This document shows, piece after piece, positions 9,015 to 17,370 of a DNA stretch of 19,676 nucleotides. Position numbers and translations under genes: made by a program. Under the pieces are notes generated by a model, which ran no database searches, was not told the origin of the DNA, and worked only from the letters and a program-made list of their open reading frames with translations. Source of the stretch: Paramoeba atlantica (lineage: Eukaryota > Protista > Discosea); NCBI GenBank assembly GCA_977017575.1, contig CDRNVI010000209.1, forward strand, positions 1 through 19,676, written 5' to 3'. Positions within the stretch are counted from its first letter, which is position 1. Every line of letters begins with the position of its first letter.

Positions 9015-9270
9015 TTACCCACTAAGTGTCACCCCTCTTCCTTTTCATTCTCACTTTTTCCAATTCATTTGAATTCCCCAAGTGTCTTTTCTTGAACTCT
9101 TGAAACCCAAATAAACCACCATTTACAAAAGGTGATATCAGCAATTTTAATAACATCATTAGCTGATGATATCAAAACATGATTATCTTGATGTTGAAAG
9201 TAAAAATGCTCTCCCTTTCAAACCCATGAGAATCCTTGTGTGGGAATTGGGTATTTTTCTGGCCTCATTA

Positions 9271-9313
9271 CGGAATTTTTGTATGGTGCCAACGTGTCAA
9301 TATTTGATTGGTT
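9271..9313 (+). repeat. Left terminal inverted repeat (43 bp)
   Basis: Exact reverse complement of 16482-16524. Confidence 0.95.
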
Positions 9314-9556
9314 TTGTTTTAATTTAGAAGAAAAAGGGGTTCTTATTTCTAAATACGGGAGAAAAGTTTGAAAAAAAACCTTGAAATCAAAAAGACATTT
9401 GATCCTTTAAAGTGCATAAAAAATTGAATGTACGACTTTTAAAAAAGTGCTTTTTTAATTATAAACTTCAGAGAACAATTTAATTTTGAGCAAGCAAAAA
9501 GTGGAACCTTTCTCCTTCTTTTGTGGCATCGGTTTTGTTTTTGATTTGTTGAGAGA

Positions 9557-11524
9557 GTGAAGATGAACGATTTGATTTTTGAGTTTGCTCAAGATGAGAA
9601 TAGTCATGTTCATTTCAAGAAGGAAGAAAAAAGTCGAAAACGAAAACGAAAAAGTGAAAACCAAGGATCAGCTGAAAAAGTGGAGCAGGAACAAACGATC
9701 AAAACCCTCGAAAGAGACTTGTTTTGTGTTTCTTCAACATCAGGTTTCCCCAAGAACCCAGCAAATACCTTCTCATCTCATTTTTTCCAAGTTAAGGGGA
9801 AGATTGAGGCGATTCAAAACTTTCACAAAACTGCTCGTCATCTTGTTTATCAGGAGCTCGACACTCAAGTTCAATCGACTCTTAAAAACTTGCGATCTCA
9901 AAGTGACAGTTACTCATCTCCATTGAAAGAACGAATTCGTTTATTGAATATTGAAATTGAAAACAAAAAAAAGATATGTTCTCTTCCTGGGATGTTGTCA
10001 GAAGAAGAAAAACAGTGTGAACTACTTGCAATCGCTGAAGACGAAGAGTCAATTTCGTTTTTGAAGGACTTTCTCTTTGAATTTGAAGCTGAAAATCGAT
10101 ATTTTGGAAGGTATTTGGAAGAAGAGCGAAGATTTTTGGAGAGTGGACAAAATATAAGCAAAAAGGATCAATTGCCTCCAAACCCACCCCAAACCTTGAA
10201 TGGACAAAAATGGTTGCTGAATATGATGAAAGCTTTTTGTGGCCACGAAACGTTTGATGGAATGAAATTCCTTGAATTGTGGATAAATTACGTCATTTTA
10301 AAGTGAGGTTTTTTCGAAACAAAATTTGAGACTGCAATGAATATTGTTGAAACTGTTCTTGATGAATTTGCCAAAACTCAAATTCAAAATGAATTGAAGG
10401 AAAATAAGTGGGTGCCAGAAAAAGTACGCTCTCAGATTGGGGTTGGGGGGAGGTCTCAACAGAAATGCCACGATGAACTTAATCTCTTGCTTTTCTATCG
10501 ATATTCTAACGAGAATACACAATTTCGAGAAGAGGAAAAACGGTTGGAAGGATTGAACAGTGAGTCATTGCGGGACGAATGGAAATCAAACTTTTGTAAG
10601 TAAAAGATACCGAAGAACTCAGCTCATTTAATCTTGAGAATTGATTTAATGGCAAAGTGGTGGGCTGACTTTCAAGATTTCTCTTCACGTTCATCCTCAT
10701 CGTTGAACTCACCTTCATCTTCCTTACCCTCCTCATCTTCATCCTCTTCCTCTTCCTCTTCCTCTTCCTCTTCATCTTCTTCTTCTTCACCTTCCTCTTT
10801 CCTTTTGTTGAAATCTCGTCTGGAGGAAGAATATGAGAAAAGCTCCACAAAAGAACGATTTGAGAAGAATCACTCATTGAAGACCAAATCATTGAAGTTG
10901 CTGGTCTTTGCATTTTCTAAATGCAAAATTCCTTTTCGATTCCGAGTTGGTGATGATGGAAATTGGAAATTGGGGCGATACACGGGCACTCAAATGCGGC
11001 AAGTATTGGAGAATGTCGAAAGAATCTTTTGTTGCAATCCAAATCGACCATCCACAACATCATTGTGGGTTACCTTTCGAGAATGTTTTCAAATGCTGAC
11101 AAGTGACCCCCCAAAAGGGTCAAATCGTGAAGCAGTCACCATTAATTTTGAAAAAAAAATTGGTTCTTGGAAGGAAAGCTTCACGGATTGGGGAGGGGAG
11201 ATGGGTTCCACCTGGCGAATTTATTTCCACATTCTGGAAGCTCACGCAGCGGATACGTATCGTCAGTTTGGGAATTTGCGACCTTGGGCAGCAGAAGCTG
11301 GGGAGCAGGTCCACTACTTGGATCGTATGCACTTCTATCGGAGTAGCCAACGAGGTTCTGCAAATCTGAACACTAAAGTCCTCACAACTGGACTTTGTTT
11401 TCGATACAGCCATTCTTTAGCAAATCAATATCAAACCTCTTTGGATATCCCACAAGAAATTCGAGCAACCCAAACGAATTTAAATCAAAGAAGTGAAGTG
11501 GTGACGGACCCAAAATTGATTTGA
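9557..11524 (+). CDS. RAG1/Transib/Chapaev-like (CMC-Transib group) transposase; one frame broken by TGA at 10304 and TAA at 10601
   Basis: Three listed ORFs share one frame. The C-terminal part reads HLILRI...IPFRF...W...TG...LW..F...W...F...IYFHILEAHAADTYRQFGNLRPWAAEAGEQVH, paralleling RAG1 [32 protein letters not shown] (H-x4-H zinc pair plus catalytic Glu). The N-terminal D/D and CxxC motifs were not clearly recognised. Confidence 0.7.
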
Positions 11525-11685
11525 GCTGCTCAGGAAGACCTTTTCCTCACATGAATGTACAATCTCGAAACTGAAATTTCTTTGAAAGAAGATGGTGATG
11601 AGAAATAAAATTTACAAGTTTTTTATCAATTTCACTTCAACCAATTTTTTTGAGGGCTTTGGTTTGTGTGTTGCTTTCCTTTTAT

Positions 11686-12684
11686 TTAGTTTTTCAGAGG
11701 GTTTGATTTTTTTTTATGATTAACAAAAGACGCACCCATCATTTTCAACCCTAAATCAAGTGGCAAACTCATGTGAAAGTAACGACAAGCACGAATGGCC
11801 ATTGCAGATTCTGGTGAATTTTTCCAAAGGATTCGAAGTTCGGGGAGACCAACACCACAACCACTTTCCCCCCAATCGAAACCCAAATATTGGCAAAATG
11901 ACAAACCGAAGTTTGAAGCATCTTTGTGGAGGAGGGTTCCACGGCCTCCTCCAATCCAAATTTGTTGAGTACATTTCATTGGAAGTTGAACTCTCATATC
12001 TTTTCCTGTTTCCTTCCAAGCTGTTTGAAATTTCTCACACATCCCAATCTGTTCCGCAAAAAAGTTTGAATTCTTTTTTAATCCAGTTATCCACTTCATC
12101 AAGCGATACTCTCTTATCTCATACGCAATTAAAAGGGACAAAAGAATTTTCTTCATGTCGTCCGTTAGATGTTGAGTTTGAGCCCATTCCATTAAAGAGT
12201 TTTGAATTTCGTGAAGCCCAAGAGCTATGAGGTTCCACCCCCGAGCATTCTGCTTACATTTTGGCAGGAGGAGGTTCAAAGAGAGAAGCAAAGATTGAAG
12301 GATTGACATTTTGTAAACCTCCTCTTCTGAAGCCACCTGGGAGCAAAAAAACGTGTCATTATGACCACTCTGAGACGAAATGTATAAATCCCCAGAAATG
12401 ACATTTAAAAGGTTTTCCTCAACCAATAAATCCAAGTGCTTTAAAAACCCACCTGATTGATCTGAAAGTTGTTCCAAAATTTTGGGTCTGTCATTCAATT
12501 CTGGATGGATTCGAAGCCAACCTTTCCGATCCCATTCGTTATTTAACCCCCCTTCTGACTCATCATTGAACTGAAGGATTTTCAATCCTTTTGTCAAAAA
12601 AGCAAAATCAAAGGAGGTGAAGGCCTTTCTTTGAGCTTCGGAGGGAATCTCCTGGAAGTAACGATCCAAGTAGGATGCATTCAA
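11686..12684 (-). CDS. TET/JBP-like 2OG-Fe(II) dioxygenase (5' end unresolved)
   Basis: 332-codon open frame with TLLHKDASN-GLSFCQYLGFD-GCGVGLPEL-PESAMAIRACRYFH-SLPLDLGLK: HxD at 11928-11920 and a distal His 51 codons later, in the pattern of transposon-linked TET/JBP proteins. The usual 2OG-binding Arg position reads Lys. Confidence 0.7.
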   Translation of the reverse strand: MNASYLDRYFQEIPSEAQRKAFTSFDFAFLTKGLKILQFNDESEGGLNNEWDRKGWLRIHPELNDRPKILEQLSDQSGGFLKHLDLLVEENLLNVISGDLYISSQSGHNDTFFCSQVASEEEVYKMSILQSLLLSLNLLLPKCKQNARGWNLIALGLHEIQNSLMEWAQTQHLTDDMKKILLSLLIAYEIREYRLMKWITGLKKNSNFFAEQIGMCEKFQTAWKETGKDMRVQLPMKCTQQIWIGGGRGTLLHKDASNFGLSFCQYLGFDWGESGCGVGLPELRILWKNSPESAMAIRACRYFHMSLPLDLGLKMMGASFVNHKKKSNPLKN

Positions 12685-12938
12685 CGTGCAATCATGTGAT
12701 CAGGTGCAAGAGGACAGCCTCGAAAACGAACCCCACTTCCTCCAAACTCAAGAACACCATGGTTCCCTTCACTTCCCTCAATTTTTAAATCCCAAATTTT
12801 CGATTGGATGGATTTGCTTTGATAAGTTTTCCCAAGAAATGTTCAATTCTTGTAAAATCTCACGAGCGTTTTGAAAGCAGCCCATTTTTCTCAAACTCCT
12901 CAAGTTTTTTGCCTTGCCTGCCTGCCCCACAAATTGTG

Positions 12939-13285
12939 TTTGAGATATTTAGCCACCACTCCTTTTTAAAATTTTTCAACAACAAAAAAATTCAAAAAGT
13001 TCCTCAAATCGAACTTTTTGAAGTGTTGAAATAAAAAAAGAGTATTTTTGCTTCCCCACAAAAAAAAAAGTTTTTGTGGAAAAAGTTTTAAACCTTCAAT
13101 AAAACTAAAAAATCCTTTTCAGAGGGAGTTTAATTCATTTGAAATATTTAGCCACCACTCCTTTTTAAAATTTTTCAACAATAAAAAAATTCAAAAAGTT
13201 CCTCAAATTGAACTTTTTGAAGTGTTGAAATGAAAAAAGAGTATTTTTGCTTCCCCACAAAAAAAAAAGTTTTTTTGTGAAAAAG
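12939..13285 (+). repeat. Direct repeat of about 147 bp (12939-13085 and 13138-13285, period 199) between divergent genes
   Basis: Near-identical copies differing by four transitions and small indels at the A/T-run end. Confidence 0.92.
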
Positions 13286-13342
13286 ATCTTTCAACCCTTT
13301 CTTCCCTCAGTTTTCCACTTCTATTTTCTTTTCCTTTCCACA

Positions 13343-15642
13343 ATGAAGTGTTTATATTGCAATTCTGAGATTCAAAACGGTTCAGTTCATTATTGGGGTT
13401 TCTTGATTGTTGCTCTGGTTGGTTTTCCAGTTTAATTACAAAATCGAAAATTGAAAAAAACACCAAACTCGTCGCCAATTATCTCGTTGGAGTCTCCGAT
13501 ATTTCCAAGGGGTTCGATTATTTCGATTGCAACACAGCATTTTGCCCAGGTTACGTCGGATACTCAAATTATTGTGGTGGTTCCTATGTGGATTTTTTGA
13601 AGCGAACGTCGTGGTTGGCACGAGTCTCCCCCGCCTTCGAAACCACAATAAAAGTGGACACAAACTCACCCCAAATTGACCACGAGAAAAAAAAATATTT
13701 CAACCTTAGTGAACAAACAAAAAAGGAGGTTACTTTTTTTTCATCAGTTTGCTGGAAAGTCAGCTCAGGAATTGGTGAGTCTTCAACTTACCCTCAGTTC
13801 TGGATTTGGGAAGAGGTCCTTGAAGAAGGTTCCTTTTGGTATTTGGATCCCGGAAAATTACAGAATTTGCAAAGCAACAAAACTTTCCCTCCCCTTTTGA
13901 GGCCTCTTATCTTCGACGAAAAGAAACCACTTGTCGGTCGAGTTGAAACCCTCTGTAGTCAGGGGAAACGGGGATATTCCTGCTTGCTCCAACTCTGCTT
14001 ACCCTTTCCAAATCAAGGGGACCTTTTCGTTAGAAGTAATTCTTGTGGTGAACCATGGGATCCATCAACATCACTAACTCCGTGCCCACTTTTACTTCTA
14101 AAGGATTATTTGCTGGTTCTGAGTAAGAAAGAACTCCTTGATTCATTGCTGAATGAAGTTTTCGTTTTTATTCGAGAAGACGATTTCCCTGCAACCAACC
14201 AAGCGATTTTAGAGAAGTTGAACCCCTCCAAACCACTCAATCCAAGGGATGTTTTTGAACTCGTTCACTCAACGCCGTTGATTAAAGAAAAGATTCAATT
14301 GGACAGAGTGGATTCTCTTTTTCCAAGTTCTGATTACCTCTTCGTCAAGGCCTTGAACACTGACCGTCATCTCCCTTGGCAAAAATCAACCAACCAAAAA
14401 GCCTCAAAGGAGTTTCAGCAAGGAAAGGAAATGCCAAAGCGCAAGAGGAAGGAAAAATCAGCCCGAGAAACCTCTCCTCTTCCCTCGATGATCCCCAAGC
14501 GACCTCAGACTGCACATCCTCAAAATAATAAGAAACAAACTCCAAAACCCTCCCTGCGTCCCACACGACACAACCATTCAGAAGATTACATTTTCGATTC
14601 CCTCCCAAATGAAAAAAAGCAAAAGAAAGCCAACACGAATAAGGAAACTGATCACTCATTACCAGCGACCTCATCTCCACGAGGTTCCCCACTTCCCCAA
14701 TCACCAGAACTTCAACAATCTCCTTCACCAACTGAAACTGACCAATCCTTACAACCTGAAAAACCCGTCTCCAGTCAATTAATACTCCACTCTCCTTCAA
14801 CAAAAATGAAACAATCACAATTAAACACCAATCCACTAACTTTTGAGCCAATGATTTCAAACGTACCAACACTTGACCACATTCAACAATTCCACTCTAA
14901 TTCCACTTCCTCCGATCCAATAGATCGAAACAAATCTATAATTCAACAACTGCCACTTCAGTCTTTTCAATCAAATTCCACCCCCATTCCATTCAAAGAA
15001 GGAGCAACAAACCCCTATCTTTTTATTCAAAATCAACTACCACCAATACCTCAAGTCATTCAAATTCAATCCAACCCATTTTTTCCTCAACAAGAACCAA
15101 CTTCTTATGAAACATTTTCAACTCCACAAACAATAATTCAACTCCCACTTCCTCAATCTTCTCAAACCCAACCAAATTACAATTTCCGACCAGTTCCACG
15201 AAACCAAACTTCCTATCAAATACTTTCTATTCAATCACCCCAACAATTCCAACAAAATTTCAATCCTTCACCCAAAATCCGATTTCAACAAAATGGCAAT
15301 TCACAAATTTATGGATTGGCTCAACAACCAATGTATCAATCAACGGCGGTGGCAAACCCACAACCACTTCGAAATCCCCAACTATCAACGGTGTGTGGCA
15401 ATGACACATCCTCACAAACCCAAGTATTTTTTTTTTGGATTTGAACATTTCTCTTTTTCAATTAATATTTTTTATTAATCCATTTTTTTCAAAATTCAGA
15501 TGAATCAAATTCTTTTACATCAAAGGCAGATGCAGCAAGAACTTGACGAACTGAAAAAGTTAGTTTTTTCATTTACTAATTAAATTTTTTCCCCTTTTTT
15601 TTTCAACATTTTACTAACAATGGAAATAGATCCAAAAAATAG
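13343..15642 (+). CDS. Unknown cargo protein: Cys-rich N-terminus, basic NLS-like segment, P/Q/S-rich tail and short coiled coil; spliced
   Basis: 683-codon ORF 13393-15444. Introns 15424-15499 (GTATTT..TTCAG) and 15559-15629 (GTTAGT..TACTAAC..ATAG) join in frame to MNQILLHQRQMQQELDELKKSKK* (TAG 15640-15642). The ATG at 13343 (MKCLYC) is one base out of frame, so the start is uncertain. Confidence 0.7.
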
Positions 15643-15715
15643 TTTCATTTTTTTCAAGATTTTTTTGTAAAATAAATTTAATTTTGTTTCAAAATAATTC
15701 AACAAATAATTTCCT

Positions 15716-16429
15716 TCAAGTGCAACGAAAGCCAGATGCATTTGTAACTTCAATGATTCCACAGCATTCAAATTGACTTTTTTTTTTCGTAAATTTTAAA
15801 ATCAACTCAGATTCACACTTGATCATTCAATCTTCATCAGTTTGAATAACATCAGATTCAATCCAATGATGAAGAACGATATTTACCTCCCCATTTAAAA
15901 AAATATTGCCGCGAGAACTTTGCGAGAGAATCTTTTTGGTTCGCCATTCAGAACGGTTCAAAAAGCAAGAATCCAGTTTTTTTAAATCGTCTTGAGAACA
16001 GATTCGAGCACATTGTCCTGATTCATCGACTTGAAACTTCACTTTTTCGAATTTTTTCAATGGTTCCCAAAAAATCTTACAGAAAATTTGTTTTGGCAAC
16101 GGTAGCTGAATCCGAAAAGATCGAATTCGTTTCTTCAAGGCAAAATCAAGTCGCTTTTCAAATTCAGGAAGAATCATGGAGTTCACCCATCACTTTGTCT
16201 CATTCAAATTGAAACTCTCTTCATCAACAGGAATGGTCTCCATCAGCAGCAGCTGCTGTGTTTTTTCCACTCCTCTTTTTCGGCGTTTTCTTCGCTTCTC
16301 AACAGTTTTTTGTTTCCTCTTTTTCGTTTGTTGAATTTTCTCAGTAATGAAATCAATCTCCATGATTTCATCTAATGAGATTGGAGGTTCTTTTGGTGTT
16401 CGTTTTGGCAGTTTCTCATTCCCTTTCAT
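15716..16429 (-). CDS. Unknown basic protein starting just inside the right TIR; frame broken by in-frame TGA codons
   Basis: ATG at 16429 (MKGNEKLPKR...KRRKRRKR). The same frame continues across TGA at 16190 and TGA at 15827 to a TGA at 15716. The listed ORF 16190-16627 crosses the TIR, so its first part is spurious. Confidence 0.45.
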
Positions 16430-16481
16430 TGCCAGAATCAAAAACGGAGAACAAAACGAAAAAAAGTCCGATTTATTTTTT

Positions 16482-16524
16482 AACCAATCAAATATTGACA
16501 CGTTGGCACCATACAAAAATTCCG
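16482..16524 (-). repeat. Right terminal inverted repeat (43 bp)
   Basis: Exact reverse complement of 9271-9313. Confidence 0.95.
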
Positions 16525-17370
16525 TAATGTGATGTGAAGATTCACAAAAGATTTTTTTTATGATTATTTTTTGAAAATCCTTAACTGTAAGTTCAAAGAC
16601 AACACCCAAGAGAAAAAAAATCAACAATTAACTTGGCCTCCCCCAATGACCCCAAGGAGGAGAAGGAGTCACAAATAAACAACAATTTGGGAGAAAATCA
16701 CAGCCAAAATAAGTCACTGAAAACTGTAACTTATCTTTGCTGAATTTACAATAAACTGATGTGATTGCAACTGCTGTGAGTTGGTCTCAAAAGGATAAAG
16801 AATGTTGTGAATGCAGCCAATGGGATCCAAGAGCAAAACATATTGAAACCAGTGAAGAGTGGATTGTTTTAAATTCAACTTTGTGGAGTTGGATCAATTC
16901 TCCTCTAGTTTATGACTGAGGTCCAATCCCTTCAACAAATTTTGTAAGAAATGGTTCACTCAGTTCCAAGAGAAGGATCTTGTGAAAAACTTAATGGAAG
17001 ATAACTTTCAAAGGAATGTTATTAACTTTATTGAAAACCAAAAACCAAATTCACTCCATTCTTTCACCAGACAAACAAACAAACACAGATTACTAAGCTA
17101 GAACTGAGCCAGTTGATAAAGTGCCAACTACATCTTTCTTGTGATTCTACTGCAATAAGAACTAAGAGTTTAATTTTCCATCTTAGTGTCTAACAAACAA
17201 AATCTTAGTGACACACTAGTGTCTGACAAACAAAAAAAAAAAAGAGTTTACAACCTGAAGTATCAATTAAAATATCTTTTTTTTTTTTTTAATTTAGACA
17301 TCAGAGATGCCATTTATTGAAATGAAGTGTAATTTCAATTAAAATATCTTGTGAATGCAATTAATGGTTT

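Larger units (their letters stand above)
9271..16524. mobile_element. 7254-bp TIR DNA transposon with four genes and a TA target duplication
   Basis: Perfect 43-bp TIRs CGGAATTTTTGTATGGTGCCAACGTGTCAATATTTGATTGGTT (9271-9313 and 16482-16524), flanked by TA on both sides. The switch from CpG-poor to CpG-rich sequence coincides with both TIRs. Confidence 0.9.

Noticed and set aside
9130-9200. Kinase-like string HQDNHVLISSANDVIKIAD on the minus strand
   Set aside because: It lacks the LKPEN and DFG residues and has no supporting flanking subdomains.
9266-9313. RSS-like heptamer/nonamer in the TIR
   Set aside because: There is no CACAGTG heptamer or ACAAAAACC nonamer at 12/23 spacing; any resemblance is at chance level.
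4340-16200. Reassigned genetic code (UGA as sense), suggested by many in-frame TGA codons
   Set aside because: In the Copia, TGA falls at conserved Arg positions (CGA>TGA), TAG and TAA interruptions also occur, and TGG is used for Trp throughout.
16780-17100. Protein-like short frames on the plus strand (WDPRAKHIE..., NKFCKKWFTQF...)
   Set aside because: They are short, broken by stops, and have no recognisable motif or splice structure; at most an unidentifiable relic.
1306-17232. Recurring CTAGTGTCT motif (near 1306, 3931 and 17217)
   Set aside because: The matches are only 9-11 bp with no shared flanks, so they cannot be distinguished from chance.
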